From the NCBI GenBank assembly GCA_965200245.1, contig CBDATS010000005.1, positions 224,001-288,000 on the forward strand: a DNA stretch of 64,000 nt, written 5' to 3'. Below, piece after piece: positions 52,525 to 63,166 of this stretch. The first letter of the stretch is position 1. Every line of letters begins with the position of its first letter. The translations under genes and the position numbers were made by a program. Under the pieces are notes generated by a model. That model was given only the letters and a program-made list of their open reading frames with translations. It was not told the origin of the DNA and searched no databases. The stretch comes from a bacterium (GTDB lineage: Bacteria > UBA8248).

Positions 52525-52535
52525 AGGAGTGCGCC

Positions 52536-53189
52536 ATGCTGACATTTGTCGATGAAATTTTGTTGCTGATGCTTGATGACGAGAAAGGTTCGTTCCTTCC
52601 GATTCGAGAAAGTACGATGGGATATGTGCTTGCGGGCGCCGTTTTGATGGACCTTGCGTTTGCAGGCCGCATCGACACCGACCCAAACCAGTTGATGGTA
52701 CTGGACAATTCACCCATCGGTCATCCAGTTCATGATCGTATTCTGAAAGACATCGCTGCGCACAACGAAACCAGAGATACAAAAGCCTGGATCGAAACCA
52801 TTTCCCGGGAGGCTAATGAAATCCGCGAGCAATCCCTGTCCAGCCTGGTCGATAACGGTATTCTGGAATCACAGGAAGAAAAGTTCCTGTGGGTTTTCAG
52901 GGCGCGGAGATATCCTGTGATCGATGGCCGCGCCGAGCGTGAAGTGAAACTGCGCATCACAGGTGTTTTGCTGTCAGATGAAACTCCGGATCCAAAAGAC
53001 GTCGCTATTATCTGTCTCGCCGATGCCTGTAACATTCTACGCGACGTGTTTTCCGATAGGGAAATCAAACGTATCCGGCCTCGTATCGAACAGGTCCGCA
53101 AGCTGGATCTGATCGGCCGTGAAGTCAGTGGGGCGATTCAGGAAATCGAGAAGGCAATTATGGCAGCGATGACGCACGCCCACCACTAG
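52536..53189 (+). CDS. GPP34 (Golgi phosphoprotein 3-like) family protein
   Basis: DEILLLMLDDEKG, LAGAVLMDL, LVDNGIL, FLWVF..RRYP. Confidence 0.8.
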   Translation: MLTFVDEILLLMLDDEKGSFLPIRESTMGYVLAGAVLMDLAFAGRIDTDPNQLMVLDNSPIGHPVHDRILKDIAAHNETRDTKAWIETISREANEIREQSLSSLVDNGILESQEEKFLWVFRARRYPVIDGRAEREVKLRITGVLLSDETPDPKDVAIICLADACNILRDVFSDREIKRIRPRIEQVRKLDLIGREVSGAIQEIEKAIMAAMTHAHH

Positions 53190-53331
53190 AAACTGAAGAT
53201 TTTGAGCCTCGCTCAAGCCAAAGGACATCAGTATTTTCCATCTTGGTCGGAAAATAAGGAAGGGGTTTACCAAGCAGATTGAAGCCGACAGCGACGCAGG
53301 CACAGTATTACTTTAGTTCTACCTTATGACG

Positions 53332-53732
53332 TTATTCAGAAGTTCCAGGGTATTTCTCCTCTGCTTCCTCGGCCCCTCTCGCCATATTATAATCTTCATC
53401 CAGTTCCCCTGTTCCTGCCGGGAATTTCACGGTGAAGAAAGTGGCCTCGCCATCAACGGCCCTGCTCCTGTGATTCGTATACCTGGGAATGTGAATCAAA
53501 TCCCCACGCTCCACGATCTTGTCTTCTTCCCCCAGGATGTAGTGCAGCTTGCCATCCAGAACGAGCGTGAACTGCTCTTCATTCGGATGCATGTGCAGGG
53601 GGGGGGACCCTCTCCTTCCGGCTTCGTGACGATGCCCACCTTCATGAACTCGCCCGTAACGCTTTTGGCCTTGACCTTGGGATTCGTCTTGCTGTTGCTC
53701 TCCTTCATCCTTTCAATTTCGTAAAAAGGCAT
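53332..53732 (-). pseudogene. Cupin paralogue frameshifted in a C9 tract
   Basis: MPFYEIERM...GEGPP joins LHMHPNEEQF only if the run at 53598-53606 is 7 or 10 nt long. Confidence 0.85.
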
Positions 53733-53761
53733 ACGCATCCTCTTCCTTGCTAGGGGGAAAT

Positions 53762-54883
53762 CTACATTTCCTCATATTCACTGATAGGCATGGGTAACGC
53801 GACCGGCTCTTTGCGTTTCGCTGAAACGTCCATCGCCATGGTGAGCAGCAGATTGCTGTGCCCGTCCTGTACGGTGGCATGCGGCGTGTCCAGTCCAGTG
53901 TAAACACGCCCGAACCAGGCATTCGTTTCTTCTCGCATCGGACCCCAGAGTTGTTCGAACACGATATCTCCGGGCGGATAACTCGCCAAAAAATCCACGT
54001 TACGCTTGATATCGGGCGTGTAGCCAGCAGGTTGCGCATTTTCACTGGCCAAAACCAAATCCCTATGTGTGTCATCGATGGTGAGAACACCTTCGGTTCC
54101 CACGATACCGATTTCAAGACTATAGACGGAACCGGGCCAGACCGTAGGCAGCGCCCAGGAAATGTTCATGCTCCATATTGTGCCGTCATCAAAAGTGAAG
54201 ATACCCAAAGTCGCGTCTTTGGTTCCATAGGACGCACCCAGCGCCTTATCCATAGAACGGGCATAGATCTCTACGGGTGTTTTCCCTTCCATCAACCACA
54301 TACAGATATCGAGGCTGTGCGTTCCCGAGACAACCATAGGCGTGAGTATGCCCCGGTATTCGGTTTTCTCTACCGTGGCTATGGGAACCAGGCGGTTCAT
54401 AAAAGCTCTAGTGACAACCGTGGTGACGTCGCCCAACTGACCGGTGCGTATCTTTTCCTTGGCGACCAGAAACCGCCTTCTGAATCGTTGTGTATAGCCG
54501 ACGACCGCATCAAGTCCCGCATCTTCGATGGCATTCAAAACCCGAGCCGAATCAGCCGCATTCGTAGCCAGCGGTTTTTCGATGAACAGGGCATGGCCCC
54601 CATCCACGGAAGCTAATATGGGACCTACGTGCTCGTTCTCCTCTGTGGCAATGATGGAAGCCGTCACCTCGGGACGAGCCAGGAGTTCCTTGTAATTTGT
54701 GGTGAAAAAATCAGCATTCGTGTCCTCGGCGAGTTTCCTTCCCACCTTCTCGTTGATGTCACAAAGGCCCAGCCACTCAACACCAGGATAGTCACGGGCA
54801 AATTCGGCGCGGATTCTACCGATCGTTCCGCAGCCTACAACTGCCAAACCGATGGGTGCTTTTTTCCCATTTTCGCTACTCAT
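53762..54883 (-). CDS. Gfo/Idh/MocA family oxidoreductase
   Basis: VVGCGTIG, IEKPLA, GYTQRF, GTHSLD. Confidence 0.9.
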   Translation of the reverse strand: MSSENGKKAPIGLAVVGCGTIGRIRAEFARDYPGVEWLGLCDINEKVGRKLAEDTNADFFTTNYKELLARPEVTASIIATEENEHVGPILASVDGGHALFIEKPLATNAADSARVLNAIEDAGLDAVVGYTQRFRRRFLVAKEKIRTGQLGDVTTVVTRAFMNRLVPIATVEKTEYRGILTPMVVSGTHSLDICMWLMEGKTPVEIYARSMDKALGASYGTKDATLGIFTFDDGTIWSMNISWALPTVWPGSVYSLEIGIVGTEGVLTIDDTHRDLVLASENAQPAGYTPDIKRNVDFLASYPPGDIVFEQLWGPMREETNAWFGRVYTGLDTPHATVQDGHSNLLLTMAMDVSAKRKEPVALPMPISEYEEM

Positions 54884-54987
54884 TACCTACTCCCTGTAAT
54901 TTACAATTAAATTTTCGTGCGGCGCACCTAGAGACAATCTCAGCGGGGAAAATCACGCGCCAGCGCACAGAATGGACAACCCGGAAA

Positions 54988-55350
54988 CTAGTCTTTCAAT
55001 TCGATTCGAGTCCCCTCGAAGAGTCTGTCCCCTCGGTTCTCCACGGCGTGCAGTCCCTCTCTTTCCACCCAGAAGGGAACGCCTTCCCTCCGACCAGGGT
55101 TTACGACGCGGGCCTCGCCTTTGTCGTCGTAATAAATGATTTCCGGAAAACTCGTAATGGTGAATACACTCTCCCATTTGTGCGTGTGCTGTTTTTCCAA
55201 TTCACCCGGCTGAATCGTCACGCGCAAAACGCGAACCCGATCATTTTCAAAAATAATTTCGTGATTATCAGGAGCCGCTGTTACTGCATCCAGTTCTTCG
55301 GGTGTTCCGGGAATGTATTCGGGTCTTCCTGACCCAGTATTTTCGCTCAA
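54988..55350 (-). CDS. Cupin-like protein
   Basis: FENDRVRVL, HTH, HAVEN, IELK. Confidence 0.75.
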   Translation of the reverse strand: MSENTGSGRPEYIPGTPEELDAVTAAPDNHEIIFENDRVRVLRVTIQPGELEKQHTHKWESVFTITSFPEIIYYDDKGEARVVNPGRREGVPFWVEREGLHAVENRGDRLFEGTRIELKD

Positions 55351-55388
55351 CTTCTATCCCCCCAGTGAAAAGACAAATTGCATACCTG

Positions 55389-56324
55389 CTAAGTGAACAA
55401 TGATTTCGGAAGCATGGCGTGAACCCCTTTCACGCCGTTTACGATTTGAGTAATTCTCAAGTCAACGGCCAGGCTGCAAAGCGTGTAGGCGTCATCCTTG
55501 CTCATCCCTCGCAACTCTCCCAAGAATCGAATCGTCTCCCGCAAAGCCATTTTGGCCGCATTGTCGAGGATGGTGTCGAACCCCATCAGGATATAATGCG
55601 TGTCGGTTTCCGCGCGGGGATTTTCGAGACGCAGGTCTTTTCTGAGGATAATTTCCATCGTCCCCGAAAGGCCCGTTTCGATAGCTGTCAGACATGCCTC
55701 TCCGTCTCCCTGACAGCCGTGCCCGTCGCCTACGGAAAACAAGGCGCCTTCGTTGAAAATCGGAAAATAGGCTATGGAACCAGAGATGAGTTCCTTGTTG
55801 TCCAGATTTCCACCCCAGGAGCTTGGGGGGTAACTCCCCACACGTCCCATGGAAGGTGGAGGCGCTACACCGAAATTTCCGAAATACGGCCTGAGGGGCA
55901 CCTTGACGCCCGCACCCCAGTCACCCGTTTGTTCTTTTAAATCGAGGTTCACAATGACAGCGCGTGTATACGGAAAATCCTCGGGCAATCCGCCCATCAT
56001 CGGCCGGATGGCGTTATATCCCCAGTCATAGCGGGTCTTGACTTCTTGGATGCGAACCTCGAGTACGTCTCCGGGCTGCGCGTCTTCTACAGCGACAGGG
56101 CCCGTCATGATATGGGGACCGAGTTCCTGGGGTACATCCGCGATGATGTTTCTCAAATTTCGGGATGCCCGATCTCCAAGTTCCGCCAGATATTCCTCTC
56201 GGCCCGATTCCGTATGAACTACCAGCGTGTCACCCGAACGAATGCGCATCACCGGCTCCAAAGAAGCATCATAATAGCCCCAATGAACAGTATCCGGTTT
56301 CGCAATCAATTCATGAGTCGCCAT
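55389..56324 (-). CDS. Acetamidase/formamidase family protein
   Basis: HIMTGPV, GGNLD, GDGHGCQGDGE. Confidence 0.92.
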   Translation of the reverse strand: MATHELIAKPDTVHWGYYDASLEPVMRIRSGDTLVVHTESGREEYLAELGDRASRNLRNIIADVPQELGPHIMTGPVAVEDAQPGDVLEVRIQEVKTRYDWGYNAIRPMMGGLPEDFPYTRAVIVNLDLKEQTGDWGAGVKVPLRPYFGNFGVAPPPSMGRVGSYPPSSWGGNLDNKELISGSIAYFPIFNEGALFSVGDGHGCQGDGEACLTAIETGLSGTMEIILRKDLRLENPRAETDTHYILMGFDTILDNAAKMALRETIRFLGELRGMSKDDAYTLCSLAVDLRITQIVNGVKGVHAMLPKSLFT

Positions 56325-56810
56325 CAACACACTCCTTCAACGAGAATACACTCCGGCAGCGTCGAATGAACGCCTTTTGTTACGTTCACAATCTGTTTGA
56401 CACGTAAATCGATCGCCAGTTTTCACAGCGAATAGGCGTCTTCCCTGCTCATACATCGCAACTCGCCAAGAAATTTTTGCGTTCCCCTGAATATCGTTTG
56501 AGCCGCGTTATCGAAAACCAGGCCAAACTCCATGAGGACCTGATGAGCGGGTGTCTTCGCGCGAGGCATTTCCAAACTCACATCCTTCCGCGCGATGAGT
56601 TCGACCTTCGCGGACACGCCACCCTCCAGGGCCGACAGACAACTTTTCCCTTCACCTTGGCAACTGTACCCTTCGCCTATGACGAACAATGCGCCATAGT
56701 TGAATACAGGCAGATAGACGCAAGGACCCGCGATAGATTCCCGGTTGTCCATGTTTCCACCCCAGATGCCCGGCGGAGTGGATGAAACCCGGCCGACGTC
56801 ATAACCCCAC
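56324..56810 (-). pseudogene. Decayed third acetamidase/formamidase copy
   Basis: GRVSSTPPGIWGGNMD...GEGYSCQGEGK...DAYSL*KLAIDLRVKQIVNVTKGVH. N-terminal half missing, internal stop, metal ligands lost. Confidence 0.85.
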
Positions 56811-56875
56811 TAGATGGAATGGGGTTTTCGCAATCGCATATTCGGCCAAAGGCTGCCCTCTCCAGAGTTAAAAAC

Positions 56876-57811
56876 TCAACCGAACAGCGATTTGGGCACC
56901 ATCGCGTGCACCCCCTTGGTACCATTCACGATTTGGGTGACGCGCAAATCGACCGCCAAACTACACAACCTGTACGCGTCATCGCGGCTCATACCCTGAA
57001 GCTCTCCCAAAAACTGAATCGTCTCCCGCAAGGCCATCTTCGCCGCGTTGTCGAGAATCGGGTCGAAACCCATCAGGATGTAGTGTGACTCCGTTTCCGC
57101 GCGCGGGACTTTGATGTTTATATCCTTACGGACGTTCATTTCGAAAACGCCGATGAGACCCATCTCGATTCCGTTGATGTTCGCCTCCCCATCCCCCTGA
57201 CAGCCATGTCCGTCGCCTACGGAGAACAAGGCGCCTTCATTGAAAACAGGTAAATAAATCGACGAGTTGGCTGTGAATTCCTTACAATCCATATTGCCAC
57301 CCCACTCTCCTGGTGGAGACGACGACACGCGCCCAAGTGCCGGATCGGGTGCTACCCCGAAATTTCCGAAAAAAGGCCCGAGTGGCACCTTGACCCCCGC
57401 TCCCCAGTCCCCCGTTCCTCTCTCCTCATCTACCTCGACAATCACCATTCTAGAATAAGGGAAATCCTCCGGCAGACCACCCGCAAGGGGTCTGAAACCG
57501 TTGTAACCCCAGTCATAACGGGGCCTGATATCACGAATCTTAATCTCAAGAACATCGCCGGGTTTGGCACCCTCGACCGCCACTGGACCTGTCATGATGT
57601 GCGCCCCGGGACCGTGTTCCAAAGTCTCCAGGATTCGCTTTAGATTATCCGAGATTCTCTCGGGATGTTTTTCCAGAAAATCCTTGCGCCCAGATTCGGT
57701 CTTCACGACAAGCGTATCGCCGGAAGAAATCGTCATGACGGGAGCGAGAGCCGAGTCATAAAAACCCCAATGGCAGGTATCGACGGTGGTATCAAGTTCA
57801 TGCGTGGCCAC
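56876..57811 (-). CDS. Acetamidase/formamidase family protein
   Basis: HIMTGPV, GGNMD, GDGHGCQGDGE; close paralogue of 55389-56324. Confidence 0.92.
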   Translation of the reverse strand: MATHELDTTVDTCHWGFYDSALAPVMTISSGDTLVVKTESGRKDFLEKHPERISDNLKRILETLEHGPGAHIMTGPVAVEGAKPGDVLEIKIRDIRPRYDWGYNGFRPLAGGLPEDFPYSRMVIVEVDEERGTGDWGAGVKVPLGPFFGNFGVAPDPALGRVSSSPPGEWGGNMDCKEFTANSSIYLPVFNEGALFSVGDGHGCQGDGEANINGIEMGLIGVFEMNVRKDINIKVPRAETESHYILMGFDPILDNAAKMALRETIQFLGELQGMSRDDAYRLCSLAVDLRVTQIVNGTKGVHAMVPKSLFG

Positions 57812-58429
57812 AAGAACTCCTCCATTTTTCTTAACTACGGCAAAAATAATACCCTGGAAGGATATCGTCAGGTTTCAGTGAACCCTGTACGATAAGGACC
57901 CTTTGGCATGTTCAGGATTCGCCGTGGACTCTATCATCTAGTGCCTTTAAGATCAAAAATCCAAAACCAAAACAAGCGGGTCGAAAACCGTTTTCACCAA
58001 CGAAGGTCAGGCGTCGCCGGTTTCCTCTTAAATCCGTATGGCCACTTTAGCCCGAAGCCCATAGGACCTTCGTTGATAATGAGGCGGGCACCAGGAACGC
58101 CTTTGCGTTTCATCAGAAGCGATCCAGCAACGAAATTCAAAGTTCACCGTATCGAACATTTCTGGATACCTCCCTTCGACCTAAAGGGAATTCCGCTTTC
58201 TGTGCTCATGTCAGCGTTGATAAGACCCACAATGGAACGAGATTGGAAAACCCAAAAACTGCTTGCTTGATAAGTATTTGCCGATAATCGACAAGCCTTC
58301 TTCCCTGAGTCGCAGATGAATAGTGGTAATCACTACAGCAGGATGTGAAATGCAGCCGTTTATTGATGTATGGTATGCAAGAATGAAACGCGGGCAAACA
58401 AGAAGTGATGGCTCGTGGAGATATGAAAA

Positions 58430-59713
58430 TTGTCTGACGCAAAAAAGTGCTTGTCCAGATTGATGCTACTATACACCTTGTTCGCAGCTGGGTTGTTACT
58501 TTCCGGCTGCGCCGACTCCCTTCACCCCAAGGTAAAACCAAGTTCCGTCAAAATCCTGAAAAACGCCATTGAGGTGGAGTTCAACGAACTGACCCGTGAA
58601 TTCGACCTAATCGACCAAAAAGGCGACTTGGCCCTTTGCGCTCCCCTGCACTTCGGGGTAGCGCGTTTCGCCGTCTATCAGGCAGTGGAGGAAAAAAGAA
58701 CTGCCACCATGGCACAATTGACCCGCTTCATCATCAGGGCACGAGCGGCTATCAAGCGGGCGGAAGAGAAGATGAAAAAAAATCAGTGCGTCGACCAGGA
58801 CGGTGACGGACTTACCGATCTTGTGGAAAACCACAAATACAATACCCAGCCGGATAACGCCGACACCGATGGAGATGAGGTTTCCGACACCCTAGAAATC
58901 CGCCGGTACCGAACCAACCCGCTCAAGGCCGATACGGATGGCGACCTGCTTGACGATGGAGACGAAATATCACGCGGCTTGAATCCGCTGCTCACTGATA
59001 GCGACGGGGACGGATATATCGACGGCATCGAGATCGCTCAAGGTTCGAACGCACGCGATGCATGTTCACAGCCACTAGATGCACAAAATCTAGACCGACT
59101 GCACGAATGCAGACCGAAACGAATTCATGCCAAACCCGTCCAAGCCAAGACACCACAAGAACGAACTCCAGTGACCACACTCAAGACGAAACAAATCTCG
59201 GACAAAAAGAGATTGCACAAGGCCGAAAAACCGAAAACGAAGCCTGCTTCCTCGTCATCCCCTAAAAGGCACCGAAAGCCCGAAAAAGTGAAGTTCGAGG
59301 ACAGAAAGCTGAAACCTTCTATCACCAGCAACGGGGCATATCCGGGGCAAAAAAATCAGGTGCCGCGAACCCTCCAAGAAAATACCACCACTTCTTCTGA
59401 CAATGCGGCACCAGCCAGTTCCGACCTCCATCATGCCAACGTGAATCACAATGAGATACTCATCCCCATACGGCCGAAAGCGAATCAACACGAAACGTCA
59501 AAAACAAATCTCGAGGAAAAACCAGGCAAGGCAAACCGCGAAGAACCTCAGGTTCACGCGCCTCTCACCGTTTCTCTCGCAGAGAACCACGAAAAACCGG
59601 AAAAACCCGCCGAAGCATCTTCCGTACCCCAATTTCCGAAGCCTGCCCTAAAAAAGAGATTTCCTCCTTCAAACGAGAAATTCCCCTCCGCGATTTTCAT
59701 GAGGTTGTGGTAG
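58430..59713 (+). CDS. Lipoprotein with four DxDGD calcium-binding (thrombospondin type 3-like) repeats and disordered tail
   Basis: Lipobox LLSG-C; DQDGDG, DTDGDE, DTDGDL, DSDGDG; K/P/S/E-rich C-terminus. Confidence 0.7.
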   Translation: MSDAKKCLSRLMLLYTLFAAGLLLSGCADSLHPKVKPSSVKILKNAIEVEFNELTREFDLIDQKGDLALCAPLHFGVARFAVYQAVEEKRTATMAQLTRFIIRARAAIKRAEEKMKKNQCVDQDGDGLTDLVENHKYNTQPDNADTDGDEVSDTLEIRRYRTNPLKADTDGDLLDDGDEISRGLNPLLTDSDGDGYIDGIEIAQGSNARDACSQPLDAQNLDRLHECRPKRIHAKPVQAKTPQERTPVTTLKTKQISDKKRLHKAEKPKTKPASSSSPKRHRKPEKVKFEDRKLKPSITSNGAYPGQKNQVPRTLQENTTTSSDNAAPASSDLHHANVNHNEILIPIRPKANQHETSKTNLEEKPGKANREEPQVHAPLTVSLAENHEKPEKPAEASSVPQFPKPALKKRFPPSNEKFPSAIFMRLW

Positions 59714-59862
59714 AGTCAGTTTTATCATTCTTGGTTGACTACAGATGTACATGCCGGAACGCGACCGGCCATTCATCATGGATACTATCTACCCGAGAAC
59801 CAATAACCATCGCATCGCGATTTGCATCGTTTTTTCTTCGTAGAACAATAGGAGCAAAGAAC

Positions 59863-61554
59863 ATGACGGAGCAGAAAACAGCCCTGAACCGATTCAGCTG
59901 CCGTATCACCCAGCCGCCCTCACAGGCTGCCTCTCAGGCCATGCTCTACGGTGCGGGGCTGGATGAAATCGACATGAAAAACCCACAGGTCGGCATCGCC
60001 AGCATGTGGTGGGAGGGAAATTCCTGCAACTTTCACCTAAACCGGCTTGCCGAATACATCAAGCAAAGTGTGAATGACGAAAAAAAAATGGTCGGCCTCA
60101 TTTTCAACACTATCGGCGTAAGCGACGGTATCTCCATGGGCACGGAAGGCATGAGATACTCCCTCCAGTCGCGAGACCTCATCGCCGATTCAATTGAGAC
60201 CGTCGTCGGCGCGCAGTGGTACGACGCCTTGGTCACCCTCCCGGGATGTGACAAGAACATGCCCGGTTCCATTATGGCAATGGCGCGACTCGACCGACCC
60301 AGCCTCATGGTATATGGCGGCACTATCAGTCCGGGATTCCTTAACGGAGAGAAGCTGGACGTAGTTTCCGCTTTCCAGGCTTATGGAGAGTACTTTTCCG
60401 AAAAAATCGATGAAGAGCGCTTCCAGTCGATCATCCGGCACGCCTGCCCGAGCGGGGGCGCATGCGGTGGCATGTATACGGCGAACACGATGTCCTCATC
60501 CATTGAAACGCTTGGAATGAGCCTACCCTACAGCTCGTCAAATCCCGCCATGAGCGATGACAAGAAAAACGAGTGCCACGACGTGGGAAAAGCCATTTAT
60601 CATCTGCTTGAGAACGACATCAAGCCCAGCGACATCATGACGAAACAAGCGTTCGAGAACGCGATCACCATCATTATGGCACTCGGCGGTTCTACGAACG
60701 CCGTGCTTCACTATATCGCGATCGCCAAAGCGGTTGGAGTCGAACTCACTATCAACGACTTTCAGGAAATCAGTGACAGAACGCCTTACATTGCGGACTT
60801 AAAACCCAGCGGGAAATTCGTCATGGAAGATCTCCACGACGTTGGCGGCGTGCCTGCCGTTCAAAAACTTCTCCTGAAAGAAGGTCTGCTCCACGGCGAT
60901 TGCCTCACCGTCACAGGCAAAACGCTCGGCGAAAACATCGAAGCCTTGCCCGACCTCCATGCGGACCAGAAAATCATCGTGCCACTTTCCTCCCCCATCA
61001 AGAAAACGGGGCACCTCCAGATTCTCTACGGAAACCTTGCGAGCGAGGGTGCCGTCGCCAAAATTACGGGAAAAGAGGGAGAGCGATTCGAGGGTCCTGC
61101 ACGCTGTTTTGATTCCGAGGAAGACGCCCTGAAAGGCCTGGAAGAGAAGAAGGTGAAAAAAGGTGACGTCGTCATCATCCGTTACGAAGGCCCTAAGGGC
61201 GGCCCGGGGATGCGGGAGATGCTCACGGTTACCTCCGCGATCATGGGAGCTGGTCTTGGAAACGACCTCGCCCTCATCACGGACGGCAGGTTTTCGGGCG
61301 GCACGCACGGCTTCGTCGTCGGGCACGTCACGCCCGAAGCCCAAAGCGGCGGTCTTCTCGCACTTGTCGAAGACGGCGACACAGTTCTGATCGACGCCCA
61401 AAATCGCGTTATGGAACTCAAGATACCCGAGGAGGAGATTGAGAGACGGCGTATGGCCTGGAGTGCACCCCCGCTGAAATTCACGAAAGGCACGCTCTAT
61501 AAATACGCCAAATGCGTATCTTCAGCTTCTGAAGGATGCGTGACAGACGAATAG
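59863..61554 (+). CDS. ilvD: Dihydroxy-acid dehydratase
   Basis: [44 protein letters not shown]. Confidence 0.96.
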   Translation: MTEQKTALNRFSCRITQPPSQAASQAMLYGAGLDEIDMKNPQVGIASMWWEGNSCNFHLNRLAEYIKQSVNDEKKMVGLIFNTIGVSDGISMGTEGMRYSLQSRDLIADSIETVVGAQWYDALVTLPGCDKNMPGSIMAMARLDRPSLMVYGGTISPGFLNGEKLDVVSAFQAYGEYFSEKIDEERFQSIIRHACPSGGACGGMYTANTMSSSIETLGMSLPYSSSNPAMSDDKKNECHDVGKAIYHLLENDIKPSDIMTKQAFENAITIIMALGGSTNAVLHYIAIAKAVGVELTINDFQEISDRTPYIADLKPSGKFVMEDLHDVGGVPAVQKLLLKEGLLHGDCLTVTGKTLGENIEALPDLHADQKIIVPLSSPIKKTGHLQILYGNLASEGAVAKITGKEGERFEGPARCFDSEEDALKGLEEKKVKKGDVVIIRYEGPKGGPGMREMLTVTSAIMGAGLGNDLALITDGRFSGGTHGFVVGHVTPEAQSGGLLALVEDGDTVLIDAQNRVMELKIPEEEIERRRMAWSAPPLKFTKGTLYKYAKCVSSASEGCVTDE

Positions 61555-61624
61555 AAGCAGGACAAAAGAACAGGAGAGAGGAGAGCAAACGACTCCCCTC
61601 TTCATTTGTAACCAATTTACTCGC

Positions 61625-62089
61625 CTATGTTGCGCCGGTTTTCCTTTTACGGTTGGCGTATTCCTTGAAATACCCTGCGATAAAGGAGTTCTCTCAGTCG
61701 AAATCGACGTCGCGCGCCTTTTGCAATACTTCGTCTCCGCCCAAGTCTTCTTCTTCGGCTAGATGAATCAACGAGCAAATCCCGGCTCGCCTCACGCCTT
61801 TTCAATGAACGTACACCAGACCGTCTTTTCTGGCCTTGTGAAGTGTTTGGTGGATTTCCGTCGACAATTCTTCGTTTATGCTATCGGCATTCACGGGGAT
61901 ATGCACGAAATTCATACCCAGTTCACACGCCGCTTTTCTCTCCGCATCGAGTGGCAGTTCCAACTCTTCTTCATCAGCCGAACGAACATTCACAACAAAT
62001 TTTATCCCTTTGTCCGCCAGAATCTTCATATCTGTTTTGCCAGGCTGACTTCCAAACACGAGATTTTCAGCCAACTCGAAATAACCCAT
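61625..62089 (-). CDS. DUF442/Blh phosphatase-like sulfurtransferase with two putative selenocysteines (U96, U132)
   Basis: SQP, VVNVR, FVHIPV, VYVH-TGA(61802-61804)-KGVRRAG...DFD-TGA(61694-61696)-ENSFIAGYFKEY...TAG(61625); 154 aa. Confidence 0.8.
61662..61687 (-). promoter_or_regulatory. Putative SECIS hairpin for the second UGA
   Basis: TCCTT/AAGGA lower stem, TATC/GGTA upper stem, GCAG loop starting at nt 16 after the UGA. Confidence 0.45.
61772..61789 (-). promoter_or_regulatory. Putative SECIS hairpin for the first UGA
   Basis: CGAGC-CGGGATTT-GCTCG, extendable by G-U pairs; loop starts at nt 18 after the UGA. Confidence 0.6.
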
Positions 62090-62113
62090 TCGATTTCTCC
62101 CGTATATTTGTTT

Positions 62114-62956
62114 TCAAACTCGTTGCACCAGTTCTCGACAACGAAGCAGGCAGGTCACCTTTTGCTCTTCCCCGTCACGCTTGTAAATCCCAAGCAGATT
62201 ATTAATCATTCTCTCCACAATGCGGCGGGGTGGTGTTTCCTGTAAAAACCGCATATCGAAATGATATCCGAGCCCCCGTACAATCGTCGCACAATCCTCT
62301 ACGTTCAAGCGTTTTCCTCTCTCGAAGGGATCTAAAAATATAGGGTCCCCTTCACCTTGATATTTGACGATGAAATGTCCCGGCATCCCGACTCCATGAA
62401 AAGGGAGTTTCAGCCGTCTGCCAAGAATCAAATATAAAGCAGAAAGCGATATGGGAATGCCCCGTCTCCGCTCCAGAACGCAATTCATGAAGCTATTCTG
62501 CGCAGCATAATAACTATCACGAGCTCCATCGAAGCGAAGCTCTCCGTGCAAGTATTCCACGACTTCATCGACGATGGCGTCCGCCCGGTTCATGCCCTCC
62601 AAACGTTCAAGCAAATGATTTTCCATGCCAAGCAGTTCGTCTTTATTCAACCTCAAGTCTTCGAGTGGATGGCCGAAGGACGCCAACAAGAAGCACGCGT
62701 CTTCCAGGTTCGCATCTTCTACCGAGGAAAGTGACCAGTCCGCAAAAGCGATTTCGATTTGATTGTAATGGAATTGCAGCAGCGACGGAGGAAGAATCAC
62801 CTCGTTCGCCTCACTTCTCTTCATCATGCAAAGAAGTCTTCTCTGCTCGTCAGTCGAGAATCCGGAAACCTGTCGGTCCAAAACCGTCGTTACATCTGGT
62901 GAACCGTCACTCAACAAATGACAGATGGCCTCTAATTGCGAGTCACTCAAAGACAA
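62114..62956 (-). CDS. SirB1 / transglutaminase-like superfamily protein
   Basis: YYAAQNSF, VLERRRGIPISLS, GVGMPGHF, LDPFERG, RMINNL. Confidence 0.88.
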   Translation of the reverse strand: MSLSDSQLEAICHLLSDGSPDVTTVLDRQVSGFSTDEQRRLLCMMKRSEANEVILPPSLLQFHYNQIEIAFADWSLSSVEDANLEDACFLLASFGHPLEDLRLNKDELLGMENHLLERLEGMNRADAIVDEVVEYLHGELRFDGARDSYYAAQNSFMNCVLERRRGIPISLSALYLILGRRLKLPFHGVGMPGHFIVKYQGEGDPIFLDPFERGKRLNVEDCATIVRGLGYHFDMRFLQETPPRRIVERMINNLLGIYKRDGEEQKVTCLLRCRELVQRV

Positions 62957-63166
62957 AATAGAACTCCTTCATGATTATACCCTGAACAAACCAGGCAAAA
63001 TCAGTATAACTTCCATTCCTTGCATCATCTCACCAAGCTACATCTGCATTGATTAGTCAGGGACATAATTCCCCCTCGCGATTCGCTCATCCCCTAGTCA
63101 CGGCATTTGCATTATGGTATTTTAATTTGAGCTTATTCACAATTCGCATACAACGAGAGACATGTC

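Noticed and set aside
56423-56425. TGA aligned with Cys (DAYxLC) in the middle acetamidase copy as a third selenoprotein
   Set aside because: It lies in a truncated remnant that has lost its metal ligands, so a TGY>TGA nonsense change is the simpler explanation.
56892-56902. TTGGGCACCAT matching the tRNA-Leu 3' end as an att site
   Set aside because: Only about 11 nt long, inside an intact acetamidase gene, and no integrase is present.
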